Below, piece after piece: positions 49,729-62,912 of a DNA stretch of 64,000 nt (positions are counted from its first letter, which is position 1; the number at the start of each line of letters is the position of its first letter). Under the pieces are notes generated by a model. The model did no database searches and had not been told where the DNA came from. It was given only the letters and a program-made list of their open reading frames with translations. The position numbers were made by a program, and so were the translations under genes. The stretch is from the NCBI GenBank assembly GCA_000182565.2, contig KQ257465.1; one strand, 5' to 3'. The stretch comes from Spizellomyces punctatus DAOM BR117 (lineage: Eukaryota).

Positions 49729-50019
49729 GATGTCGCTCTGGTTCTTGTGATTTATTTGAACGCTTATTCTAATTTTTGGAAAATACTTTCATAAATATAA
49801 CTGTAGATGGCTGTTAATAAGAGGAGATTTCTTTCACTTCCACTTGCCGTACGTACTTTCTTGTATTCGTTGAGTTGCTGTTGAAAGCCCCAATTGATGA
49901 GCAAGCAGAGTCACGTGAGACTGGACGTCATCAACGGCCGCCGCTCACCAGAACCGCTCGATGTGGGGCGAAGCTTTGAACTTTCACAGCGTCTAACCAT
50001 CACTGAAAATCTAGCAGCC

Positions 50020-51766
50020 ATGTCCTTCCTTAACAACATTATGAAGAATATGGACAAGGTCCCCTTAGACAAAATCCAGGGGGTGAGTTACTGCCGTTTT
50101 AGATGGAAGATGATCTTGCCCTCAAACCGCTCGACGATTTTGCAGATAGTCAAGGAAAAGTTCAATGTGGACTTGCCCCTTGGTAATCAGCAGCAGCAGC
50201 AGCAGCAGCAGGCGAGTAGTAGCTACGGACAAAACCAAGGGGGTTACCCGCCGCAGCAGGGTGGATATGGTGCTCCACAGCAAAATTACGCTGGTGGATA
50301 TGGTTCTCCACAACAAGGTAACCCCGGTGGATATGGTGCTCCCCAACCGAGTGGGTATCCCCAACAGGCTGGATACGGACAGCCTGGAGGTTATTCGGCG
50401 CAACAGTCGGGCGGCTACTCTGGCGGACAACCCCCCAGCTACGGGCCTGTTCAGGGAGAGGAGGCTGGTATTTCGGGAGCTCCTACCATTGGGTATCATC
50501 ATGTACCTCAAGGGCAACCTGGTCATATTCAGCAGCAGCCTTTGCAAGTTGCAGCAGGTACCCCTCAAGCACAACAATGGGGTACACAGACGACTGGGTA
50601 TGTCGAAATTGTGCATCACTAAGAAATAGGCTTTGCTAATGTGGATAATCCAGTGGGAAGCGGCGGGCGCTTTTTATCGGTATCAACTACTTTGGACAGA
50701 AAGGGGAGCTCAAAGGATGCATCAATGATGTTCAGAACGTCCACAAGTGGTTGACGAGTAACTATCCTTTTGCGGAGATTCTCGTGCTGACGGACGATCA
50801 GCAAGATCCATCTCGAAAACCCACACGTGCCAACCTGCTCAATGCTTGTCGTTGGCTTGTAGAGGGCGTTCAGCCTGGCGACGCTTTCTTTATACACTAT
50901 AGCGGTCATGGATCTCAGCAAAAGGATACGAGTATGTCTAGCGTAAAATCTGCTGCTTTAATGATCATGCCTGATTGACACGTCTGTGAATGATGATATC
51001 AGGTGGGTTAGAGAAGGACGGCTTTGCGGAAACTATAGTCCCTGTTGATTACGAGGCAGCTGGACAGATTACGGACGATGTAAGATGGCAAGAGTTCATC
51101 GCCCAACCTGTACATGGAGATCTCATCTTGTTTTGAAAGGAATTGCACGACATTCTTGTGCGCCCGCTTCCAAAGGGGTCCCGTCTGACGGCTATCTTCG
51201 ATTGTTGTCACAGCGGATCGATCCTGGATCTCCCCTTTACCTACACCGTCGATGGTTCCTTGGAAGTCATTGTTCGTGACAACCGAAACGAAGCCATCAA
51301 AGCTGGTATAAAGGCGGGCCTGGCCTTTTTCAAAAAGGATAATGCCACCGCTCTTAGAGAGGCGAAGCAAGTCTTCTCTCTCCTGACCCAAAAGCCGGAT
51401 GATCCGGCGCAACATGAGCAAAACGTCAAGCAATATGGATCTGATGCCTTAGTCGTGCAATTTTCTGGGTGTCGAGATGATCAAACCAGCGCGGATGCAA
51501 GCATCGGTGGCGAAGCGACGGGAGCAATGAGCTGGGCACTGTTGAAAACTTTGAATGCACACCAGCATCATATGACCTATACCGAAGTCCTTCGCGACAC
51601 CAGACAACTGCTGCAAGGCCAGTACAAACAAGTAAGTCATGACTTTCAACCAAATGAGGTATCCATCCTTTTTCGTCGGTTTTCTCAAAATTGTGGAATT
51701 TAGATCCCTCAAATGTCCACGGGTCACCAAATGGATGTCAGCAGTATGATGTTCTCCGTCATTTAA
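50020..51766 (+). CDS. MCA1: Type I metacaspase with Q/G/Y/P-rich N-terminal prodomain
   Basis: GKRRALFIGINY, LKGCINDV, HYSGHG, IFDCCHSGSILDLP, FSGCRDDQTSAD, GAMSWA and QIPQMS. A (CAG)8 tract lies at 50188-50211. Confidence 0.93.
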
Positions 51767-52779
51767 GCGTCATGCATTGCCGATTGTGGCCATTAGTTGA
51801 TATATGTATAAAACCATATTTTTTGTACTTCTGCATATCTTGGGCGTTACCGCAAAATTAAAGAGGACATAATGCACACTTTGGGTTGATCCCTCTAATT
51901 TTGAAACTATCCTGGGCTTTAACGTGTTGGGAGCGTCGGACGGTACCCTGATAGCAAACACTGTTGGGCCCACGCTTATGAAGCCACGTGAAATAGCAAA
52001 CACACAGCGGAGTATTTTTTTTTTATAACGCAATATACCGGACATTTTCATGCACTTGGCAGCAAGGGATTTCATTATTTGTGAATCTTTAGGTGTTTAT
52101 CCTATCATGTTCATCAAACCTCATTCTGTTGCAATGTGACGTATTGTACGCTGAAAATCTACAAGCACCTGCAAACTCTCAACGTTTTGTCCATTGTTGT
52201 GCTGTCAGGGGAGATGGAGGGAACCCTCTGCCCGGACCTTTCCACGGACAAGCAGGGACATTTTAACGCAAGTATTTGGCACAACATGTTCACATAGCAG
52301 ATCCAGTATTTGCTGCTTACCTGCTTACTAGTCGCGTAACGCGCAAACAAAAAATGTTCAAACTCCGACTTGCCCATGTCGGTCCCAAATCCATTTCACT
52401 TCCATACGGTTTTGGCCCTTTGCGCTCCATATGCACATGCAAACAAACAGATAGGCCCGAGTGTACTTGAGACATCCAGGAAAACTCCGCATAATACAAT
52501 ACTTCAATATAAATATCTTTCAATCATGGAACTATCAGAAAACCCCAGTTACCCGAGCCATTTATGGGTAAGCCCATCTCGAGCCCAGCTTGAGCACTGC
52601 TGGCCCGGGTCTGCCTGAGAGAGTTTCTTATCATTAATGGAAACTCTATCAGACATAAAAGCAGCCGTCCTCCCAGTCATCCCCCTCCACCATCGCTGCT
52701 CGCCCGTCCTAATTTTGATCAAGGTCGGTCGTCTACTACTCTATCTTTTCCTTGTTTCTGCATCACTCTCCGGGACACA

Positions 52780-55700
52780 ATGTTCGGCAAGCAGAACAAG
52801 TCCAAGAAACTCTTTTGGCTCGCCATCGCCGCCCTCGGCGCCGGTCTCGGCGTTGGTGTCATCGCCCAAAGCACCGTCGGGAAGGGTACATACAAGCGCG
52901 TTGGAGACTTTGTCGGTAACACTACCCTCCTCAGCGCTTGCGAGCTCGCCTGTATCGACACTCTCGAGGTGGTCCCTGGCTCCAACACTGCCACGATCAA
53001 GGGTGACAAGGCCAGCAATTCCACTGTTGCCAACTGTGTTTGCAAATCCTTCCAAGTAACCGTGACCGCCAATGGTGTCTCTGCCTCTAACATTCAGCTC
53101 GTTGAGGGCGGGCCCACCTGGACGGTCAGCGGCAACTACACCGCGCCATCCGGCTCGACTGCTACTACTTCCACGAGCTCTTCGAACTCCACTACCTCCA
53201 CCAGTACTTCCGCTGCCGCCGGCGGCGGCAGCGGCGCGGCGAGCTCAAGCGCAGGCGGCGCTGGCGGCGGCAGCAGCCCGACTCCTAGCGGCGGCGTGGG
53301 CGGCAATGGGATAGACACCTCTACATCAGGTTCGGGATCTGTTTCAGCATACTCTTCGGCAGTTGTGTCGGCTTCTAACCCTGCGTCGACTCCATCATCT
53401 CCCCAATCTTCTTCTGCTGCCGGAATCTCATCCCAATCTGGATCTATCTCCTCCGCTGCTTCTTCAACACCCGCGGCTTCATCACAATCTTCTGCCGGGT
53501 CAATCTCATCCGCTGCGTCCTCCGCTTCCGGATCGGCTTCATCTGGTTCCTCTGCGGCTCCCACATCGGTTTCTTCCGGATCAATCTCGTCCGCTGCTTC
53601 GTCTTCTGGATCGGCCTCTGGTTCCTCTGCGGCCCCAACTTCGGCTTCTTCCGGATCAATCTCGTCCGCTGCTTCGTCTTCTGGATCGGCCTCTGGTTCC
53701 TCTGCGGCCCCAACATCGGTTTCTTCCGGATCAATCTCGTCCGCTGCTTCGTCTTCTGGATCGGCCTCTGGTTCCTCTGCGGCCCCAACCTCGGTTTCTT
53801 CCGGATCAATCTCGTCCGCTGCTTCGTCTTCTGGATCGGCCTCTGGTTCCTCTGCGGCCCCAACCTCGGTTTCTTCCGGATCAATCTCATCCGCTGCTTC
53901 GTCTTCTGGATCGGCCTCTGGTTCCTCTGCGGCCCCAACCTCGGTTTCTTCCGGATCAATCTCATCCGCTGCTTCGTCTGCTTCCGGATCTGCCTCGTCT
54001 GCTTCCTCTGCGGCCCCAACCTCTTCGGCACCATCGTCCTCTGCTGGCGTCGCTTCTTCTTCTTCCGCCTCCGGATCGGTTTCATCGTCTGCCGCTGGAT
54101 CTTCTTCCTCGGCTGCAGCTACTTCCTCCGCTGGAGCATCATCGTCTGCCGCTGCTGCTTCTTCTTCGGCTGCAGCTACTACTTCTGCTGCAGCATCTTC
54201 ATTCGGCAGATGCTTCATCCGCTGGACATCTTCTACATCGGCAGCTGCATCGTCCTCTGAGCAAACTCGTCAGCCGGCGNNNNNNNNNNNNNNNNNNNNN
54301 NNNNNNNNNNNNNNNNNNNNNNNNNNNNNNNNNNNNNNNNNNNNNNNNNNNNNNNNNNNNNNNNNNNNNNNNNNNNNNNNNNNNNNNNNNNNNNNNNNNN
54401 NNNNNNNNNNNNNNNNNNNNNNNNNNNNNNNNNNNNNNNNNNNNNNNNNNNNNNNNNNNNNNNNNNNNNNNNNNNNNNNNNNNNNNNNNNNNNNNNNNNN
54501 NNNNTCTCTGCTGAATCATCCTCTCGGGCTGCTGGATCTCCTCCGACGGCGGCACCTACATCCTCCGCTGGATCATCCTCCGTCCCGTCGCTGGATCCTC
54601 TTCCTCGGCTGCACCTACATCCTCTGCTGGATCATCCCTCGTCCGCCGCCGGATCTTCTTCCTCGGCTGCACCTACCTCCTCCGCTGGATCATCCTCGTC
54701 CGCCGCCGGTTCTTCTTCGTCGGCTGCACCTACCTCTTCTGCTGAATCATCCTCTTCGGCTGCTGGATCCTCCTCCGCGGCGGCACCTACATCCTCCGCT
54801 GGATCATCCTCGTCCGTCGCTGGATCCTCTTCCTCGGCTGCACCTACATCCTCTGCTGAATCATCCTCTTCGGCTGCTGGATCTTCTTCCTCCTCGGCTG
54901 CACCTACCTCCTCGGCTGAATCATCCTCTTCCGCTGCTGGATCTTCTTCCTCCTCGGCTGCACCTACCTCCTCGGCTGAATCATCCTCTTCCGCTGCTGG
55001 ATCTTCTTCCTCCTCGGCTGCACCTACCTCCTCGGCTGAATCATCCTCTTCCGCTGCTGGATCTTCTTCCTCCTCGGCTGCACCTACCTCCTCGGCTGAA
55101 TCATCCTCTTCCGCTGCTGGATCTTCTTCCTCCTCGGCTGCACCTACCTCCTCGGCTGAATCATCCTCTTCCGCTGCTGGATCTTCTTCTTCCTCGGCTG
55201 CACCTACCTCTTCTGCCCAATCATCCTCTTCGGCTGCTGAAACCTCTTCCTCGGTTGCATCTTCCTCTTCTGCCGAATCTTCCTCTTCGGCTGCACCTAC
55301 CTCCTCTGCTGAATCTTCCTCTTCGGCTGCCGCTTCCTCCTCTGCCGAATCTTCCTCTTCGGCTGCACCTACCTCCTCTGCTGAATCTTCCTCTTCGGCT
55401 GCCGCTTCCTCCTCTGCCGAATCTTCCTCTTCGGCCGAACCTACCTCCTCTGCTGAATCTTCCTCTTCGGCTGCCGCTTCCTCCTCTGCCGAATCTTCCT
55501 CTTCGGCCGAACCTACCTCTTCTGCTGAATCATCGTCCTCTGCGGAATCTTCCTCTTCGGCTGAATCGTCCTCATCCGCCGAATCTTCCTCGTCGGCTGA
55601 ATCTTCCTCTTCCGCCGAACCTACCTCGTCTGCTGAATCTTCCTCGTCGGCTGAACCTACCTCGTCTGCTGAATCTTCCTCCTCTTCCGAATCTGCGTCG

Positions 55701-55991
55701 GAATCCCCATCTGAATCTTCCTCTGACTCTTCTTCATCGGATGAAGCAACCCCTACGAGCACTGGAGGATCCAGGCGCCGTGTGCGTCGTGAGCTTTTCG
55801 CCCGTCAAGCCAGCACCCCAGCCACGATTGTCCTCAAGCTCGGCACTGGAGCCAACACGGTCCAAGGTACCTACGAACGCACCAGCACCGACACCCCTGG
55901 TCTTGACAGCGGTGCAAGCTCTCTCGGCCACTCTTTGGCTGCCATGTTTGCTGCTGTCTTGGCTGTCTTGGCTGGTGTATTCGCCTTCTAA
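52780..55991 (+). CDS. Ser/Ala-rich mucin-like, probably GPI-anchored surface protein (interrupted by an assembly gap)
   Basis: N-terminal hydrophobic signal, a roughly 95-aa Cys-containing domain, more than 2.5 kb of Ser/Ala repeats, then RRRVRR and a C-terminal GPI-like signal (DSGASSLGHSLAAMFAAVLAVLAGVFAF*). The reading frame is broken around the gap. Confidence 0.8.
53530..54020. repeat. Coding minisatellite, 75-bp period (about 6 copies, SSAAPTSVSSGSISSAASSSGSASG)
   Basis: tctgcggc(c/t)cc recurs at 53551, 53626, 53701, 53776, 53851 and 53926. Confidence 0.92.
54280..54504. other. Assembly gap (225 N)
   Basis: Run of N inside the repeat region, with apparent indel errors in the flanks. 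Confidence 0.99.
54640..55690. repeat. Coding minisatellite: 57-60-bp units (APTSSAESSSSAAGSSSSSA) followed by shorter SSAE-rich units
   Basis: Four identical 60-bp units at 54901-55140, with near-identical neighbours. Confidence 0.92.
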
Positions 55992-56957
55992 GCGGATTGA
56001 CCTTTTTATACATCGCATCATAGTGTGATGGGGATGGGCTATATTTTGCATCTGTGTCTTGCTTGTAATGGAATACCAACAATAGAATCGTAGCTGTTTT
56101 TGTTCACAGTTTTTGCTATTGGTCGACATGTCCCCCATTCGTTTACGGTGTCAAGCTGTGGCAGACCTCATTTTTCGCAAAGGATATACAGAAAAAGATG
56201 ATGTTGCACCTAAAAACCTTCCAGCATCAAAGGTCAACTTTTACATGTTTGTCGATGGTCAAACTGCTTGCATGGTGCACAACGTGAAAGATGGCGGATG
56301 TACGTTTGCAACCACATAGCAAATGTTTAGATGATACGGGTGTGACATAAAGCCGTCGACGAAGACATGTGGCATTTGGCCACTACGCCGACAGATTGTT
56401 TCTCCATCATATCTGATGTCCATGAAAGCGTGCCTTTTTGCCAAAGTACTGCTGTCCGACAGCAAGTGAGACCTTTGAGTAGTTGGGTAGACTCGAGTTA
56501 GCCTCTACCCTCCGAACAGCTGTCTGGTTTGCTGTAACGAAGCCAAACTCTTTGCGCAAGTTGCAGGCGAGTAAGGTGGCAGGTATGCTTCCGAATCAAT
56601 CATTGCCTCTTCTCCAGTCCTTTTCGTTGGCTTCTTGGCCAGAGTTCAAAGCGCTTGTTCAAATGCCCATGCACTCAAAATGTTTGTTTTCCAGAAAGTC
56701 TACTAGTTAAAGCGTAAAAAGTTGTGGCACAAGGCGCCAATCGACGAGAACTCTTCGCGTCCGCTTTTTGCAGTTTTCTTGCGGGCGATTGGAGTAGATA
56801 TTGACCGATAGCCAAGGAAAAAAAACACAAGCAGAGCTGTAGGAAGTAGCAAAGACGTTGTGTTCGTGAGGGAGAACAAGAACGCAGACTTTACCTTCTT
56901 CACGGAAACGCCTTGTGGAGACTGATCTAGCTAGTTCCTGGAGATCGCAAGGCCGTC

Positions 56958-59900
56958 ATGGCACGTTCTTCCAACTCTCCACTGCCGGGAACCTTGGGTC
57001 CTGAAGGCCCAGAAGGCCCCAATATGCGCCGTCAACCATCCTCTCTAGGCCCGAGCTGGAGTCGAAGTGTCAGTTTTCTAGATTCTGATGTCCTGCCGAG
57101 TCCAGTGCCCTCACGACGGGCCTTCAATCCCTTTTACAGTGGGTATCTTGACTGCTTTGTTCCATGATACTATTTATCCTAAGTTGGTTGCTCTCTTCAA
57201 CCATAGATTATCATGCAGACCGCGCAATGCAGGAGGTAGCACCACAAAGAGTAACGCTTTAATACCCACTGCTGACGTTCGATATATTTGTGCACAATTG
57301 TAGGAGGACACTAAATACTGGGCTCATCGTCTCACCAAGGCAGAAACAGAGCCGTTTGCAGGAAACTCCTTGTCTAGGGACTCATCACATGGATCAGACA
57401 TTCCCCATTCTCAAACAGCTCTCAACGAGCTTCACCGATTTCCATCCCTGAGCCTTGCCGAAAGAATGGCCGAATATGCGGGCGCACCGGTCACATCGGA
57501 GGTGGTGGCAAAGTACTCTAAAGCCGAGATTAAAGGTTTGCCAATGTTGGTCTACGTCAATTTCCAATCGTGCTTGACACTGAACTCTGCTTTTCGGTTT
57601 CAGACAAAGAACTTAGTGATGAACTCCAGATGATATTCGAGTCTCTCCAGAAATGTCTACAATTGAGGAAGAGATACATGATGGGCAGTTATCAGTGCGC
57701 TGGTGACAATCCAAAAGACGCAGAAGACTGGGAAATTTATCCACCCCCGCCGCCTCCGAGTTATCCTCCGCCGGATGAGGCAGACACGACCACCTTCGTT
57801 CCCGAAGCGCCACCACCTCAAGAGGAGTTTGATATTTCAAAGTGTCGGATACCGGAGGCTGACACAGTACGTTGAAAGTGCGGGCTGCTGAATACACCAG
57901 CTGACAACTGTCTTGCGTCTTTTTCACGTAGCGTCATTTCAAGCTACGCGATGACGGTGTTTTTCAGATTTACAGTAGTCAGGGGGGTGGGTAACAAGTG
58001 GAGTATTTAACTTTCGACCTCATACTGATATTGCGGGACCCGCAGATGCCGAAGGAAATTCGCATCCCTTGTGTGAGGTGCCATCCATTAAGGATTATTT
58101 CGTTGATATGGACTATATTCTCAACGTCATATCGGATGGTCCAACAAAAAGCTTTGCGTTCCGTAGGCTTCGCTACCTGGAGAGTAAATTTCATATGTAT
58201 GTACTCCTGAACGAGTACCAGGAAATTGCAGACTCCAAGGTATTCTCCTTGCTTCTGTTCTGTCTAAGGAGCTGGTTTGTAACTAATGTGCGCACGTCAG
58301 CGGGTACCACATCGGGATTTCTACAATGTGCGGAAGGTCGATACGCACGTACACCACTCCTCTAGCATGAATCAGAAGCACCTTCTCCGGTTCATCAAGT
58401 ACAAATTGAAGAAAAGTCCGAATGTAAGCAGACATATCTTTACGATCCATGAATTGCTAGTAATCTCCGAACCTCTCTTGCCAGGATGTCGTCATCTTTC
58501 GTGACAATCAGCACCTCACGCTCAAAGAAGTATTTCAAAGTCTGCATCTCACAGCGTACGACCTTAGTATTGACACTCTTGATATGCACGTAAGTGGCCT
58601 CGTGATATTGCAATGCTCCCTGTTATCTAATTTACTTTATTTCTGCCTTCAGGCGCATAAGGATTCGTTTCATCGCTTTGACAAATTCAACCTCAAGTAC
58701 AATCCTATTGGCGAATCTCGCCTCAGGGAAATTTTCATGAAAACGGATAACTACATTAATGGCCGATATCTCGCCGAATTGACGAAAGGTGCGTTCCTGT
58801 TTGACGCATATCGGACTGCTTTGTAAGTCAACGTATGACGATGTTCACATTTCAACAGAGGTGTTCTCCGATCTTGAGGCTAGCAAGTATCAGATGGCTG
58901 AATATCGTGTATCCATCTATGGGCGGTATGCATGGCGGACTTTACCAACCTACGAAGCAGTGCAAATAGACGTTCTCAAACGATCTCGTTTATAGGTCGA
59001 CTCAAGAATGGGACAAACTGGCAAAATGGGTTGTAGAAAACAAGCTATTCTCCAACAATGTACGATGGTTGGTGCAGGTTCCACGTCTGTATGATGTCTA
59101 CAAAAAGTCGAATTCCATCAAAAGTTTCGAAGACGTTGTGCGAAGTGAGTACGTGAATTTCCAGTTTGCGCGCTGTGCAGAAGTTGCTTAACTAGCATTA
59201 TTATGGGTTAGACGTATTTCAACCTCTGTTCGAGGTGACAAAGGACCCGAGTAGTCATCCAGAACTGCACATTTTTTTGCAACGCGTTGTGGGCTTTGAC
59301 AGTGTGGATGACGAGAGTAAGGCTGAGCGACGGACGTACAAGAAATATCCGTATCCAAAAAATTGGGACATTCCTTTGAATCCTCCGTATTCTTACTGGC
59401 TTTACTACATGTACGCGAACATGTCTACACTCAATTGGTGGCGAAAGGAGCGCGGATTCAGTAAGTCGTCAATTGGGCTGATCCCTTTTGAAGTGCTTCT
59501 CTGTAACTCTTTTCTCTGCCTTAGATACATTTGTGCTCAGACCGCATGCTGGTGAAGCCGGGGATACGGACCATTTGACATCGGCGTTTTTGACGTCCCA
59601 TAGCATCAGTCACGGCATCTTGCTCCGCAAAGTTCCTGCTGTACAATACCTGTATGTCTGCGCTGACTTCCCGTGGCGTTTTCGCCAGTGGACTGAAAGC
59701 CTATTTTGGTAGATACTACTTGGACCAAATAGGCATTGCAATGTCGCCGTTATCAAATAACGCCTTATTCCTGACGTACGAACGCAACCCTTTCCTGAAC
59801 TTCTTCCAACGTGGGCTGAATGTTTCGCTCTCGACGGATGATCCCTTGCAGTTCCATTTCACAAAGGAGCCCTTGACCGAAGAATATAGTGTTGCCGCTC

Positions 59901-60795
59901 AGGTTTGTCCATTCTTCACTACATTCGATCATCTCGATGGCTCTAACGCGTGAATATATGTCAGATTTGGAAACTATCTTCAACCGATATGTGTGAGATC
60001 GCTCGCAACAGTTGCTTGCAAAGTGGATGGGAAATGCAGATTAAGAAGCATTGGTTGGGTGAAAGATGTAACCTGCATGGTCCGGCGGGCAATGGTATGG
60101 CTATTAGACTAGAGATTGTGATCCATTTGCAAACCCCACTGATAATACTATCCCGGGCAGCTATTCACAAGACGAATGTGCCCAATATCCGTCTGGCCTA
60201 TCGGTACCAAACCCTCATGGAAGAGCGGTATATGGTCCTTGGATCAAAGTGGCGAGCTCAAGGCATTATTGAAGACTCTGCACCCAGCACCGAGATGCAG
60301 GATACAGCAATCGTCGCGGAAGACCAGCACAAGGTTGCAGTTAGCAGTCACCTTCTTCCTGGGGACTTTAGAGAACTGCAAGCCAGTGCTCTGCTCGCGG
60401 AACAAGAGGACATCATGGCTGCTGACGGTAGTTACATTGGAGGGATCGATGAAGACGACAAACCACCATCCCGCAATGACCCTTCCCCAGGCGGGCGCAG
60501 AAAGACAATTCCGTCAGTCGTGTCAAAAGCTGCACCTATTTCGATTGCCCCAGAACCTCTTCTCCGCATGAATTCTCCTACCTCGACGCCGAAAGAGTAC
60601 TTTAACAGCCCGACGATGACGGGAGGCGTTTTCAAGGATGATGTGAATGCGCCTTTTCTTGCGTTGGACGCTCCTGCGCTGCCCGTCATCCCGATAGGCG
60701 ACACTGGTTTGATTCCAGGAGCGCATCTCGTAGCGGAAAAGAAACAATTGAAGAAATCGCTCGACGCTTCTGACACTATCCAAGACAAGTTTTGA
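56958..60795 (+). CDS. AMD1: AMP deaminase
   Basis: [81 protein letters not shown] and [11 protein letters not shown]. Confidence 0.97.
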
Positions 60796-60981
60796 ACAAT
60801 ATATCTGTATTTTTTTGCACAAGTTTTTGAAGTTTGGATTATTTATATTATGAAACACGTGATTTAATACTTTGGTAATGATCCAGTGGCGGTGTCCCGT
60901 TTCCGTTTCCGTTTCCGATGCAGTTTGCCGTGCAGCTCATGACTTAACAATCAACGACGAAATTACTTTGTACAGCAAATC

Positions 60982-62912
60982 ATGATAGTGTGGCCTCTTC
61001 TTAATTTGAACTTTGCCTGTGAAAAGTGCCAGACTGGTCACCGCAATGGCAGCTGTGCGCACACTGACCGAAAGCTCTTGGAAATACGTTCGAAAGGACG
61101 ACCCACTTCTCAGTGCTCTCACTGTCGAGCACGACGAAAAGAAGGCGTGGGTCACTCGCATCATCGATGTATGTGTGGAGATGGGTCTACCATACTGAGA
61201 AAGAAGGTGCAAGGTCAGCACAACTCTGCTTTACATGCTACATGAGAAGTATATGCAGTATACTGATTCGAAACACAGTTCATTTTGATCCCAATGTCAT
61301 TCTTGTGTTCACTCCGGAGCGAAGTAATGTAGATGCTTTGCGAAAGCAGCTCGAAGACACACCAAAGAGCACGTTGCTGATAAGAAGAAAGGCAAAGGGT
61401 GGTAAAGGAACTGGCGGTGAGGGTTCAGAAGCGGACGCTCTTGAGATAAGTTATACCCATGTAGACGTCATTGAAGAGTCGGTGAATTTGGATTTGAAGA
61501 AGATGATGGGTATGTTAGCATTAATTGCCTTTCGGTGGATGAGGTTAACATGATTCAAATGTGTTTGACTTGCAGAGAATCCGTGTACCTGCCAATTTGG
61601 TGGTACTTGCATTTGTTCAGAACTTCCGCCATCAAAGTCATGCGGCAGCGTAAAAGCAAAGAAATTCACCGCATCAAACTCTGCACAGCGTCCTGGCCTG
61701 GCATCATCCGCCCTTCTTGCCAACATTGCTGCGTATCCACGACCTATCGAGATCGGTCCTCCCCCAACATCATCACCCTTTCCGTACGCAGCTGGAATTG
61801 CCATTCCAGCTCTTCCACCGATGATGGGACATCAGCCCATCCTTCCAATGCCTCATCCTGGACAATTGGGGCCACTAGTACCTCCTATAGGAGGTGCCTC
61901 AACAGCCGTCATGAACCAACGTGTACCCACCCTCCTACCCAGCGGACTTTCCATGCCAACAAATCCATCATTTGCTGGCGCAATGAAATCTAACCAGCAA
62001 TTTACGGATACAGGAGGACACGATCCTGAGCTTCTTTCCGCGTTATTCGCCCTGCAACAGGGCGGTGCTGTCGGTCAAGGAATGCCGCTACAACCGATAT
62101 CTGGAAACAGTATCAATTCTCCAATGCTGGAGACCCAAAGCTCATCCAGCTGTTGTACTGGGAGGCGCAATACTCAAGACATATGGGCTTCCGCTCCCAA
62201 AAGCTGTTGTGGCGGGATTTCAGAATCAAAACCTGTCAGAGGTGGATGCTGTGGCAGCGTGGCACCACCACCGCGGAATGCTACTCGCTGTGGATGTCAG
62301 GGTAATAGTGTCCCGTCAGGAGGATGCTGCGGTGGAGGGTCACCGATCCCAGTGCAAAACGGCTGCTGCGGCACTTCAAGTGGAAAATCGGCAAGCGGAT
62401 GTTGTGGAAGTAGGACAGCGGAGCCGGTGTCGAATGTAGGCACCTGTGGTGGGTCATCATTGGCTCCAAGCAGAGGCAGCTCTTGCTGTGGTACATCAAG
62501 CAGTTGTGGATGCTCGGGGGGTGGTTGTGGATGCTCAGGTGGAGGATGTGGGAGTACATCCGGGAGCCCTTACGAGTCGAGAAGCGATCTGGATGCCAAG
62601 GACCCAGCGGAACCACATTCACCAACTTGCGAATGTGGATGCCATCAAGACAGAAAGGACTGCGAAGACTGTGCCGCAGATCTATGCTCCGTCCACCTGA
62701 TGCGAATATTGAGCAACGGGAGCGTTGGGGGCGACATGCACGACGCTGCGTCCCAAAGTGCCGCTCCAGGAGCTCAACCGTCGTGTTGTGGGGGGAATGA
62801 TGCATTTGATATGTCTGAAATGCGAAATGCCTTGTGTGGTTGCGGGTGTGGTGGAGCAAAGTCTGGATCTGGGTTTGAAACCGAAGGGCAATTGTGTAGA
62901 TGTGGCACTTGA
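60982..62912 (+). CDS. Copper-fist (Ace1/Mac1/Cup2-type) transcription factor with Cys-rich C-terminus
   Basis: FACEKCQTGHRNGSCAHTDRKLLEIRSKGRPTSQCSHCR...HHRCMCG, NPCTCQFGGTCIC, and a CC/CxC-rich tail. Confidence 0.9.

Noticed and set aside
50188-50600. Poly-Q and Q/G/Y-rich prion-like region of the metacaspase
   Set aside because: This is an expected feature of fungal type I metacaspase prodomains.
54901-55200. Regular 60-bp repeats as a possible CRISPR array
   Set aside because: The units are identical head-to-tail with no unique spacers, lie in a coding frame and sit in a eukaryotic context.
53136-55762. Long antisense and alternate-frame ORFs over the mucin gene (Glu/Ala-rich, Arg/Lys-rich, Leu/Pro-rich), including the second half of the 1082-aa ORF
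   Set aside because: These are shadows of stop-free Ser/Ala codon repeats. The Leu/Pro-rich half results from a frame shift across the N gap.
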